Below are positions 27,775 through 37,340 of a DNA stretch of 64,000 nt, piece after piece. The translations under genes and the position numbers were made by a program. The notes beneath the pieces are model-generated. The model saw nothing but the letters and a program-made list of their open reading frames with translations. It searched no databases and was not told the origin of the DNA. The stretch comes from Promethearchaeota archaeon (GTDB lineage: Archaea; Asgardarchaeota; Lokiarchaeia; Sigyniarchaeales; SOKP01): contig JAHPZI010000028.1 in assembly GCA_019058295.1 (NCBI GenBank), forward strand, positions 1-64,000, given 5' to 3'. Within the stretch, counting starts at the first letter, position 1. Each line of letters begins with the position of its first letter.

Positions 27775-29919
27775 TCATTTTAATTTCAATCCATTTTTAC
27801 AATGAGGACAAAACAGAGGCAATTCTTCTTGGCAGACTTCTAAATCGTCGTCATTAAATAATTTTCTCCAGCACACTAATCTTTCGCCTTCCTGTATCAT
27901 GTCCCTTCCATGATGTTGTGGAATGATTTTCTTTGTTTTACATGTTTCACATATGAGCAATTGTGCTTCACTTTCCAAATTTTCAATTGGCTTTTCTTTA
28001 AATTTTTGTTTATATCTGAATAAAGTCATGCTATTAAGCAATACGAGGAGAGAAACGCCCATGTCACCAATTCCAACGGCAAGCCATAACGTCATTAATC
28101 CAATAACCGTTAGAACCGCAAACGATACCTTAACGATAATGGATGTCCATATATTTTGTTTTATCTTTTTGTTGGTTTTCTTAGAGATATCAATAAATGT
28201 TAAAACTTTTTTCAAATCTTCTCCCATAATAATGACATCCGCAGTTTCTAGAGTTATATCTGTGGCTGATGCTCCTATTGCAATACCCAAATCAGAGATC
28301 GCTAAAGCAGGAGCATCATTAATTCCATCGCCTACCATCGCAACACCCTTGTATTGAGTCTTTAAATCTTCAATCTCTTGTAATTTTTGGTTTGGCAAGA
28401 GCTCACCATAAGCCTCAGTTATATCTAAACACTCGCCTATTGTATTACAAACAGATTGATTGTCACCCGAGATTAATACAGAATCAAGTCTTCGTTGTTT
28501 TAAGCCATCAACAAGAAAGGGGGCGGAAATTCTCAGCACATCTCTAATTGTAATGGTCCCTAATAATTTATCATTATTTCCTAGTAGTATTGGAATAGTT
28601 CCTGTGCCTTCGATATTATCCAATTCTCCTATGGGCAAATCATATTTTAACTCTTCAAAAAATCTCCGACTTCCAACTGTGAATAATTCTCCGTTAATTT
28701 CACCTTTAATCCCTTTACCTTTCAAAACTTCAAAATTGTCAACTGAAAGTAGAGGGACCTCAAGATCCTTTGCTTTTTTAATTATTGCTTTCGCAATTGG
28801 ATGTTCTGAAAGTAATTCTAAGCTTGCGGCCAGACTTATTACATCTTCTTTACTGCCTATATAAGCAAATATATCAAAAACTCTTAACTTTCCTTCTGTT
28901 AATGTCCCTGTTTTATCAAAGGCAAAGACTTCAATCTCATCCACCTTTTCTATAAATTTATTCCCTTTTACTAAGATACCTTCTCGTGCTAATTTTGTCA
29001 GCGCTGAGACGTTAGCTAATGGTGTTGATAAAGTCAGTGCACATGGACATGATACAACCAATAGAATTAATCCACGATAAAACCAAGTATTAAAATCTAA
29101 GCCAAAAAATAAAGGAGGTAATATCATAACTGCTAACGCAGCAAATATTATTATAGGAGTGTAATATTTTGCGAATTTCTCGATAAATTTTTCGCTCCCG
29201 CTTTTATTTTGTTGGGCAATTTTTATACTTTCTGCGATTTGAGCCACTATTGTATTTGAACTTTCTCTTAATACTTCAATTTCGATGAAACTATCAGAAT
29301 TCATACTAGCAGCAAAGATTTCATCACCCTCTTGTTTAAACACGGGAATTGATTCTCCAGTTATTGCACTTTCGTCAAAATAAGATTTGCCCTTAACAAT
29401 TACACCATCTAAGGGGGCTTTCATTCCCGGTCTAATCCCTATTATTTCTCCGGTTTTAACTTCTTCGGTAGATACAGGAGTATATCCATCATCAGTCTTC
29501 AATAATGCTTCATCAGGAGCTAATTCAAGCAACTCTTTTATAGCATTTCTCGATTTCTCGGTTGTTAATTCTTCCAAATGCTCAGCAATAGCAAAAAGTA
29601 AAATAGCAGTTGCCCCTTCCTGTCCATGTAAAATAAAAAAAGCTGCCACGGCAGCGAATAACATTAAAATATTGGCTGTGATTTTTTTATTCACGATGTC
29701 ATGAAGAGCTTCTTTAATAATACCATAGCTAGAAAATCCAATAGAAATAATTGCTAATAATTGACTTAATAATACCAATTCTGTTGTGAATTCAAGATAA
29801 ATAGAGATAGCTAAAATAATAGCAGAAGGAATAATGAAAAACCAAAAAAATCGCTCGAAGAAGCTTTTTTCTTCATCTTCTTCAAATTTCACATCACATA
29901 TATCAGAAGGGCAACTAAT
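27775..29919 (-). CDS. heavy-metal translocating P1B-type ATPase (Zn/Cd/Pb type)
   Basis: ITGES, SCPC, DKTGTLT, SEHP, GDGINDAP; probable ATT start at 29919 after GGTGA adding MSCPSDICD (ORF track start 29892). Confidence 0.92.
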   Translation of the reverse strand: MSCPSDICDVKFEEDEEKSFFERFFWFFIIPSAIILAISIYLEFTTELVLLSQLLAIISIGFSSYGIIKEALHDIVNKKITANILMLFAAVAAFFILHGQEGATAILLFAIAEHLEELTTEKSRNAIKELLELAPDEALLKTDDGYTPVSTEEVKTGEIIGIRPGMKAPLDGVIVKGKSYFDESAITGESIPVFKQEGDEIFAASMNSDSFIEIEVLRESSNTIVAQIAESIKIAQQNKSGSEKFIEKFAKYYTPIIIFAALAVMILPPLFFGLDFNTWFYRGLILLVVSCPCALTLSTPLANVSALTKLAREGILVKGNKFIEKVDEIEVFAFDKTGTLTEGKLRVFDIFAYIGSKEDVISLAASLELLSEHPIAKAIIKKAKDLEVPLLSVDNFEVLKGKGIKGEINGELFTVGSRRFFEELKYDLPIGELDNIEGTGTIPILLGNNDKLLGTITIRDVLRISAPFLVDGLKQRRLDSVLISGDNQSVCNTIGECLDITEAYGELLPNQKLQEIEDLKTQYKGVAMVGDGINDAPALAISDLGIAIGASATDITLETADVIIMGEDLKKVLTFIDISKKTNKKIKQNIWTSIIVKVSFAVLTVIGLMTLWLAVGIGDMGVSLLVLLNSMTLFRYKQKFKEKPIENLESEAQLLICETCKTKKIIPQHHGRDMIQEGERLVCWRKLFNDDDLEVCQEELPLFCPHCKNGLKLK

Positions 29920-30062
29920 TCAATATCACCAATTAATAAATACGAAAGAAATCATAAATAATTGATTTTTATATTGTATAAAAAAACAATAAAACAAAAT
30001 TTCCTTTTAATCGGTTACTATAATATTCTTTTATGTGTTATAAAAAGTGTGTTAAAATTAAT

Positions 30063-30962
30063 TTATTTGATAACATATGCTAGTTTTTGGCCTTCTTCTT
30101 CTTCAAGATTCAATTCTCTTCGGATAGCATTTCTAATCATATACCCGCCTATATGGAGTATTGTGTCTTTAAGCACATTATCTTGGTCCATTGAAGCATT
30201 ACAAGGATAAGCATGGTGTGCCTTACTGATTTTTTCGTTAAGAGACAATTCACTATGATTAATATATTTTCCTTTTAACTGCTGGACAACATAATATGTA
30301 CTTCCACATGGTGCACTTTGGATTACGCATCTGTCTTCAATAGATTTGCCATCCTTACTCAATAAAAATGATACTATGGGTACTCCAATTTGAAAATGTT
30401 CTATAAAATCATGAATATAATCATGTTTTTTAGTGAGATGGAATCCAATTTTATTATATTCGTTATAATCCTTACTCAATGAACAAAATGGTTTTGGAAA
30501 TGCCGCTTGAATACCATATTTTTCAAAATCTTCAAGCACTTGTACTTGCAACCCCGCAGGAACCCATTTCGGATCTTCTATAGGAATTATAACTGCTTTT
30601 ACTTCTTTATCTTTTAAATAATAGGGCAATTCTGCTAATAAATCTTGATGAATTCCGATAACTATTAAAAAATCAACAGGTGGCAAATTTTTAGGTAAAT
30701 ATTTCTCTGAATCTTCTACAAAATCAGGAAGGCCTTCACCAATTTTCTCATAAAAATAAATTGAGCTTGCATAACTCTTTAAATTTTCACGACATTTATC
30801 GCATTTGAGATTCATTTCCAAATCTTCACATGCTTTACAAAAATCCTCAGAATTTATCAAATTTCCTACAAATTTTGCGGCTAGCATCTCTGTATCTGGA
30901 TCTACACCATACAAAAACCCTAAACTGTATTTTTTATTATTGTCACTCATCACGGGATACAT
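30063..30962 (-). CDS. DUF166 family protein
   Basis: Cys cluster C..C......C..CR, H.DL, PKPFCSL, SAPCGSTYYV, YPCNASM. Confidence 0.75.
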   Translation of the reverse strand: MYPVMSDNNKKYSLGFLYGVDPDTEMLAAKFVGNLINSEDFCKACEDLEMNLKCDKCRENLKSYASSIYFYEKIGEGLPDFVEDSEKYLPKNLPPVDFLIVIGIHQDLLAELPYYLKDKEVKAVIIPIEDPKWVPAGLQVQVLEDFEKYGIQAAFPKPFCSLSKDYNEYNKIGFHLTKKHDYIHDFIEHFQIGVPIVSFLLSKDGKSIEDRCVIQSAPCGSTYYVVQQLKGKYINHSELSLNEKISKAHHAYPCNASMDQDNVLKDTILHIGGYMIRNAIRRELNLEEEEGQKLAYVIK

Positions 30963-31134
30963 AAATTATATGTTTTTATTTGTTTTTTTAATAATTAATA
31001 AACCATATAATTTTTTAGTAGAACATGTTCAAAGAAATATATTATATTTCAAAAATTAGATGCTTATGAAATAAGACATTGTTTTTATGAATTACAATTA
31101 AAAATTTAAAATAAAATTACGAGATACGATTGTT

Positions 31135-32826
31135 TTGAGTGAAAAGCGTGTTGGCTTTAATCCTGACGAGAAGGTTGAAAAAATAAGTAGATATTATAGA
31201 CATAAACTCCCTTTTTCTTTTAAATCTTTTATGAAAGATATAGAAATTTCAAAAAAGGAGTTCTTTCTACTGTTTTTAATTTTTAATTCATTAATATTTC
31301 TATTACTTTATCAATTTGGAATAATAATTGGAATGCCTATTGACCATGATAAATCTCATTTAAGAGAATTGAATTTATTTAAAGCAGTATCTATATTCAG
31401 TGGTTTTATAATAGGATTTTTTCTTTCGATATATTTTGTTGATAAAATAAAAAAGCCTATAAGATTCATAAAAAGTGTTATAGTGACCTCATTAATAATA
31501 ATTTTTATACAAATTCCTTTAGTTTTACTTGAAATGGAACCTCTCTTGTTTATTTTTTACTTTACGAATATTCTAATTCTAATTATTGCTATTATGATGA
31601 CTTGGAAAATATTTCTAATTGAAACAAGTATCTTGGAAAGAGGCAGGATAATGTCTTATTTATTAGTCTTTACAATTCTATGTATCGCTATTGTTTTGGG
31701 TTCAGCACTTATTTATGTCTTGATTATTATACCAATTGTTTTCGTAATCCTTACAATTATTTTACTTAGGGAAAATAAATATAAATATTATATTAAGTTC
31801 CAACCATCTATAATTGAAGGGGAAAAGAAAAGTTTACAGAAAAGTTTTCAGCTCGATTTAATAAAATATTATCTCTTTTTTTTCTGTTTTAGTGTTACGG
31901 GTGGTCTTGCGTTCCCACTTCAAGATTCATTTCAATTCGGTATTAATGCGCTGGCAGGGAATACAATCTTGATATTTTCTCTTGTTATAATTTATGCAAT
32001 TTTTATTGTGATTTTAATTGGTCTTTTATTTGATTATGCTGGTAGAATTTTTCCACTAAATTATATTATTTTAGCAATAGCATTGGCCACGTATATACAG
32101 ATCTTCATATTTAGGTTTTTTGATTTCCCTCTTGCGATTATATTTAGTGCTTTTATCGCTGCTCTTATGTGCGTTCCTCTCCTAATAGGAGATACAATTA
32201 CGCGGGAAAACTTTGGAAGTACATTATCCATTTCTTATTTTATCATTATCATAGGGATGATTGTTGGTTTAAGCTTTAATATGTTTATAACAGAGTCATT
32301 ACAATCCAGTTCTTTTAGAGAAATTTTTCTAATGGGGACAATATTTATGTTTTGTATCATCTGTTTATTATTTTTAGTATATATGCGTGAGACCTTACCT
32401 CGGAAAGAGCAGGCGTGGAAAAATTTTTTATATCATCTCTACATTATTCATGATTCTGGAATATTACTTTACGAATATGCTTTTATAAAAGAAAAAAAGA
32501 CAGATGGTAGTAGCGTTGATTCTGATTTGAGGGCAGGAGGGATAATTGGCGTAAGATCTATTTTGAAAGAAATAGTACAAGGAGAAGAAGAAGTTAAAAC
32601 GATTGATAGTGGGGATAGGGTTCTTATAATTACCCATTCTAACAAAGTTATTTTTGCTCTTATAGTAAAAGAGGAATTAATTGTATTAAGAAAAAAAATG
32701 GAAGCCTTAATCGAAGATTTTAATAAGGAATTTGGAGAACTAATTAATGAGATTAGTTCAATTGGCGCCGCTATACACAAATTTAAACCAACTGAACATA
32801 TTGTTTTGAAATATTTTGGAAATTAA
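31135..32826 (+). CDS. MFS-like ~12-TM protein fused to C-terminal longin-like domain
   Basis: About 12 TM, ERGR and GLLFDYAGR loop motifs; C-terminal YIIHDSGILLYEYAF...DSDLRAGGIIGV. Confidence 0.75.
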   Translation: MSEKRVGFNPDEKVEKISRYYRHKLPFSFKSFMKDIEISKKEFFLLFLIFNSLIFLLLYQFGIIIGMPIDHDKSHLRELNLFKAVSIFSGFIIGFFLSIYFVDKIKKPIRFIKSVIVTSLIIIFIQIPLVLLEMEPLLFIFYFTNILILIIAIMMTWKIFLIETSILERGRIMSYLLVFTILCIAIVLGSALIYVLIIIPIVFVILTIILLRENKYKYYIKFQPSIIEGEKKSLQKSFQLDLIKYYLFFFCFSVTGGLAFPLQDSFQFGINALAGNTILIFSLVIIYAIFIVILIGLLFDYAGRIFPLNYIILAIALATYIQIFIFRFFDFPLAIIFSAFIAALMCVPLLIGDTITRENFGSTLSISYFIIIIGMIVGLSFNMFITESLQSSSFREIFLMGTIFMFCIICLLFLVYMRETLPRKEQAWKNFLYHLYIIHDSGILLYEYAFIKEKKTDGSSVDSDLRAGGIIGVRSILKEIVQGEEEVKTIDSGDRVLIITHSNKVIFALIVKEELIVLRKKMEALIEDFNKEFGELINEISSIGAAIHKFKPTEHIVLKYFGN

Positions 32827-32871
32827 ATACTGTTATATCGAAATTAAAATTATTCTTTTTATTTTTTAAGA

Positions 32872-33714
32872 ATGGATGTCCATAAGATAAAAAAAAAAGT
32901 ATTAAGAGATTTAAGACAAGAAATCCCAAATTTAATTGAAGAAATAGATGATTTTTCTCTTACTCGTCTTAGTAGCAAAAAGAATATAGTTTATGAATTG
33001 ATATTTGATAAAAAATCAGATAAATTACCTAAAGAAGTAATCCTCAAACTTTTCCGAACTGACTATGCTGAAAAAGAATATAACGCTTTAATCAAACTAG
33101 AAAAACAGGGGCTACCAATCCCTAAAGTATTATACTTTAAAAAACCTTATTTAATCCTTAAAAAACTCGAAGGTGTTAATCTTTGCGATTTTATAAATGA
33201 TAACTTAATAAATATAAGCACTATAGATGAATTAGATTTAGAGATCCGTGATAAAATTATAGTTAGCGTAAAGAAATTGGCCGAATGGATAGCTAATTTG
33301 CATAGTCAAAACATAATTACTAAGAAAAAGTCACTTGAGATTATTGTATTTAACAAAGGAGATACTCGATTAAGAGATTTTATATACAACATAACAAAAA
33401 ATGTTATTTATGGTATTGATTTTGAAGAATCATATGACGGAAATTTCTTAGACGATTTAGCTTGGATTTGCTGCTCATTATTAGATACTAATCCCGGAAT
33501 TTTCGAAATACCTGAACCAAAACATAAAATGGAGCTAATTAACTACTTTTTAAAGGAGTATTTCCGTATCAATAAGAAATTTTTGTTCTCATTTAATTAT
33601 TTCGCCGAAAAATTAATTGATTATCTAAACATCGTAATTGAAAGGAGAGCTATAGAATTAAGTCCTGTTAGAAAAAATGTTATTCTGAGAAATATATCTA
33701 AAAAATATACCTAA
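32872..33714 (+). CDS. protein kinase-like phosphotransferase (APH/Kdo/Bud32-like)
   Basis: VILKLF, E..AL, KGDTRLRDF catalytic loop, IDFE. Confidence 0.7.
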   Translation: MDVHKIKKKVLRDLRQEIPNLIEEIDDFSLTRLSSKKNIVYELIFDKKSDKLPKEVILKLFRTDYAEKEYNALIKLEKQGLPIPKVLYFKKPYLILKKLEGVNLCDFINDNLINISTIDELDLEIRDKIIVSVKKLAEWIANLHSQNIITKKKSLEIIVFNKGDTRLRDFIYNITKNVIYGIDFEESYDGNFLDDLAWICCSLLDTNPGIFEIPEPKHKMELINYFLKEYFRINKKFLFSFNYFAEKLIDYLNIVIERRAIELSPVRKNVILRNISKKYT

Positions 33715-33757
33715 TAAATTATAAAAAAGCCTAATACATAATATTTTTAAGTAGCAC

Positions 33758-33785
33758 ACCGTTAGGTATTATAAAACATATCGAA
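33758..33785 (+). promoter_or_regulatory. ModE-box-like imperfect palindrome upstream of the ECF operon
   Basis: ACCGTTAGGTA-N6-AACATATCGAA versus the ModE consensus ATCGNTATATA-N6-TATATANCGAT; directly after TATA-like TTTAAGTA (33746-33753). Confidence 0.4.
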
Positions 33786-33829
33786 TAAAAACATAAATCG
33801 TAATATAAAATAAAAAAATTGATTAAAAA

Positions 33830-35074
33830 ATGAGCGATATAGATAAAAAAGATGCTGCTATAGGATTATTAGTTATTGGATTAGTTGCTTTAGCAGGATG
33901 GGTTGGATTTCTTTATGCAAGTCCCGTTACTAAGACGAAAACAGAAGAAGAAGAGGAAACTATATATATTACAACTACAACAAAAACTATAGAGGAAACA
34001 GGTTTACCAGATGATTGGGGTTTAGCAGAATTGGATGCTTCCTTTTCAGTATTTAATGAAACGGGTGGAGAGATATCAGTAAAAATGTCTGATATTTTAA
34101 ATGGTATTTCCCTCTATTATAATCAAGAAGCTGACCCATTGGGTCGTAATACACAAGAGTATAAATACGAGTATATGGAATTACGAACGGTTGACGATCC
34201 ATTATCAGGTCGAACTTTTACTGGTGTAAACATTTTAGATGTATTGGAATCTGCTGGTGTATTTTTTGCTTGGAATATCTCTTGTAAAACAAATAATGAG
34301 GATTTATATCCCAATACTTATTTTAATGTGTCAACTGGAGATATAATTAATTTGGATAGTAAACCATTATATATTCCAACAATTGTTGCTATTGCTGCTG
34401 ATGGATTATGGTTACCTGACCTTGGTTATGGAAATTTTTCAATTATCCAAGGACTATCATCACAATCTATTTATGATCTTAAGGAAATAAGGACTATGTC
34501 AGAATGGGAAGTAGACATAATTGTTGATGGGATTGTAGAATATCAAGTTAATAGGACAAATATTATTGATCCTCATTATCCAGATGGATGGCATTGGGAA
34601 TATCATAAGAATTTTACAGGTTCTGATAATGCATATATGGGTGGTAGAATGACATATAATCGTACATTTTGGGGAGTAAATATGTCATATATAATAAACC
34701 AAACTAGTGCTAAAAATCTTAATTATACTATGAGGGCTATATCTGTAGATGGTTGGTTATCTGATACATATAATAATACTGATATTAACTCTGGTTTAGT
34801 TTATCCAGAACACTATGGATATGTTAATTACACTGATAATCCTCCTACAGGGGTTCCTTTACCAAAAACAGATCTGTTAATAACATTGGTTTATATGGAA
34901 CAAAAATTCTTCGAATACGGTTTATTCGCATCTGATCCAATATGGGATAAGGGATATTACGATGGATATGATGGAGGAGCATTTCATATTGTAATCCCTG
35001 GAATGACAAAAAGTAAACATCCAGGATATGTAAAAAGTATCGAAATAACTACTTATGCTGGTCCAATTCCTTAA
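33830..35074 (+). CDS. membrane-anchored extracellular protein with probably two degenerate sulfite-oxidase/molybdopterin-binding-like domains
   Basis: N-terminal TM and Thr/Glu linker; FTGVNILDVLE and FWGVNMSYII, AISVDGW, GAFHIVIPG...VKSIEI resemble the Oxidored_molyb fold. Confidence 0.55.
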   Translation: MSDIDKKDAAIGLLVIGLVALAGWVGFLYASPVTKTKTEEEEETIYITTTTKTIEETGLPDDWGLAELDASFSVFNETGGEISVKMSDILNGISLYYNQEADPLGRNTQEYKYEYMELRTVDDPLSGRTFTGVNILDVLESAGVFFAWNISCKTNNEDLYPNTYFNVSTGDIINLDSKPLYIPTIVAIAADGLWLPDLGYGNFSIIQGLSSQSIYDLKEIRTMSEWEVDIIVDGIVEYQVNRTNIIDPHYPDGWHWEYHKNFTGSDNAYMGGRMTYNRTFWGVNMSYIINQTSAKNLNYTMRAISVDGWLSDTYNNTDINSGLVYPEHYGYVNYTDNPPTGVPLPKTDLLITLVYMEQKFFEYGLFASDPIWDKGYYDGYDGGAFHIVIPGMTKSKHPGYVKSIEITTYAGPIP

Positions 35075-35136
35075 AAAAATTTTTTTTTTTTATTCAACAA
35101 AATAATATTTATATATAGAAAATAATAATAAAAAAA

Positions 35137-36087
35137 ATGAAAAAAGTTAGATATAACCTTGTTTTTTCATTAATTTTGCTTATTTTTATAGTTAGTTGGA
35201 AAATTCCATTTTCATTTTCATATCCTGGAGATGGGGATTGTAAAAAATATCATGGAATTACGAACATTAATGCTAATTTTATTGAGAATTCTCAAATTGT
35301 TTTGGATGGTGTTTCAAACGAATCTTTTTGGAATGATATTAAAATTAATAATGGATTTATCACAATTCCCACAGCTAATATTCTTGGCAATCCTGGAGAT
35401 GAAATAATTGAAGTTAAATTAATTTTTGTTTTAAATAATCAATATATTTATATTTATTGTGAGTGGAATGATACTACTACCAAGCCAAGTGGTATAAACA
35501 TTTTTGATGGTATTTATTTCTGTTGGAATATAAATACTCCTAATTTTACTTCATATTATCCAAATGATATGAATACAGAGCATATGGGAGGAGGAATGAT
35601 AGACTCCTGGGGAACTGAATTTTTTCTTGGAGATTCTCATGAAAATCATTCAAGTTTTATCGGTAGTGACGGATGTATTCAAGATGATGGTTGGCATTTC
35701 GGAGAAAGTGGTGATATTGAAATTGGTTTTTCATATATTGTTGATCAATCCTATTCTATTGAGATTAAAAGAAAATTAATAACAGACGACGAATATGATA
35801 TTCAATTTTATAAAGGAAAATCATATCTCTTTAATATTGGATTATATAATGATGGATATGGTATAGATCATACGATTTCCTGGATTTATAGGTTAAATAT
35901 ATTAAGTGAGGATAATCCTATTGAGAATGATGATGATGATGATAAATCGAGTAAAAATGAAACACAACTCAATATCGGATTAATTATAATAATAGGTACT
36001 ATATCAATAATTTTAATTATAGCGATAATTACATATTACAAATCTAAAATTACTCAAAATAAAACTAGTATAAAAAATGCAGACTAG
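35137..36087 (+). CDS. secreted, C-terminally anchored DOMON/ethylbenzene-dehydrogenase-gamma-like (putative heme b) protein
   Basis: Signal peptide, IVLDG...E.FW, IYIYCEWND, conserved Met then IDSW, YSIEIKRKL.T.D..DIQF, late His; C-terminal TM. Confidence 0.6.
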   Translation: MKKVRYNLVFSLILLIFIVSWKIPFSFSYPGDGDCKKYHGITNINANFIENSQIVLDGVSNESFWNDIKINNGFITIPTANILGNPGDEIIEVKLIFVLNNQYIYIYCEWNDTTTKPSGINIFDGIYFCWNINTPNFTSYYPNDMNTEHMGGGMIDSWGTEFFLGDSHENHSSFIGSDGCIQDDGWHFGESGDIEIGFSYIVDQSYSIEIKRKLITDDEYDIQFYKGKSYLFNIGLYNDGYGIDHTISWIYRLNILSEDNPIENDDDDDKSSKNETQLNIGLIIIIGTISIILIIAIITYYKSKITQNKTSIKNAD

Positions 36088-36679
36088 AAATTTTAATATT
36101 TTAATCGCAGCAATATGTGTTGGTTTAACAACATTTTGGCTTACTGCATATAATATTGTAAGATTAGGAATAGATCCTATTAAATATATTCAACATAATA
36201 CTTCAGAGGCTTTTTCAGATGAAGAGTCAGAAGATTCAAAAACATTAATTACTATTAAAGGAAAAGTTAAAGAAGATTTACGTCTTTCATTGTCTGATCT
36301 CAAATCAGATAAGTATAGACAGGTAACAGATGATTTTGACTTTAAAAATTCATATGGCACAGAATGGACTACGGAATATACAGGAACGACTCTTTGGAGC
36401 ATATTAGAAGCTGAGGGGATATTAGAATCTGATGATTTAACATTTATATTTATTGGACAAGATGGATATGAATCTCCAGTAGCTCTATCAATTGAAGATA
36501 TTGCCAAGAAATATGAAAATAAAGTAATATTAGCTTATGAGGTAGAAGGTCAACCTTTAACTGATGATAATGGTCCTGTAAGATCTATAATAGACAGAGA
36601 AGTTATACAATACCTTGAACCAAATCACTATAATTCTCAGTTTGCAGTAAAAGATTTGAAATATGTTGAGATCAAATAG
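36077..36679 (+). CDS. membrane-anchored sulfite-oxidase-fold (Oxidored_molyb-like) protein lacking the Mo-ligating Cys
   Basis: ITIKGKV...LSLSDL, YTGTTLWSILE, GQDGY, ILAYE..GQPL, GPVRSII, VKDLKYVEI; no Cys in the soluble domain. Confidence 0.78.
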   Translation: MQTRNFNILIAAICVGLTTFWLTAYNIVRLGIDPIKYIQHNTSEAFSDEESEDSKTLITIKGKVKEDLRLSLSDLKSDKYRQVTDDFDFKNSYGTEWTTEYTGTTLWSILEAEGILESDDLTFIFIGQDGYESPVALSIEDIAKKYENKVILAYEVEGQPLTDDNGPVRSIIDREVIQYLEPNHYNSQFAVKDLKYVEIK

Positions 36680-36694
36680 GAGTGATATATTAAA

Positions 36695-37333
36695 ATGGAT
36701 GATTATAAACAAAATAGTGTCCAAAAAGAAGAGAATTCAAATCAATTAGAAGAATTTCGAGAAACGGGAATGAGTTTAGAGAAATCTAATAGACTTTCTA
36801 CTTTAGATTTAATCTACTCCGCAATATTAGGAGTTATGGGAGGATTTATCTCCAGTCTCATACCATTTAGTATTTTAATCAAAGTATGGTATCCTCTAAC
36901 GGGAGGTACTCAATTAATATCCGGACATCATGTTATGTGGGCCACTATAGTATATGGTTTGACACGTAAAAAACAAAATATCATGGTAACTATGTCGATA
37001 AAGGGATTGCTAGAATTTTTATTAGGAGATCCATGGGGGATACTCATTATTTTTGTTAATCTAATGGAAGGTGTATGTTTGGTATTAGGGTTCTTTTTTA
37101 TGGAAAAAATTGGAGAAGGTGAGACTAAACTGGGATGGGGCATTGCGGGTGGTTTCGGTAATTTTTTCCAAGCACCATTTTTTTGGATACTTAATCAGAG
37201 ATTTCATTTACATTGGACATTATGGCTCTTGGCTTTTATATTCGCATTTGTTTCTGGCATATTAATAACGGGAGTATTAGGGAAAGTGATTAAAGAATAT
37301 TTGATTAAAGCCGGGGTTCCGACAACATTTTGA
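36695..37333 (+). CDS. ECF transporter substrate-specific (S) component
   Basis: ~210 aa, about 6 TM, STLDLIYSAILG start, SG....GVLG..I...L.KAGV end resembling YkoE-type S units; directly upstream of A and T genes. Confidence 0.8.
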   Translation: MDDYKQNSVQKEENSNQLEEFRETGMSLEKSNRLSTLDLIYSAILGVMGGFISSLIPFSILIKVWYPLTGGTQLISGHHVMWATIVYGLTRKKQNIMVTMSIKGLLEFLLGDPWGILIIFVNLMEGVCLVLGFFFMEKIGEGETKLGWGIAGGFGNFFQAPFFWILNQRFHLHWTLWLLAFIFAFVSGILITGVLGKVIKEYLIKAGVPTTF

Positions 37334-37340
37334 ATAGGAG

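Noticed and set aside
29920-29928. In-frame TGA codons upstream of the P-type ATPase as possible Sec
   Set aside because: They fall within the SD and spacer, have no upstream start, and no SECIS-like element was seen after the gene.
29962-31059. ORFs 29962-30210 and 30805-31059
   Set aside because: They overlap the DUF166 gene antisense and run into AT-rich intergenic DNA.
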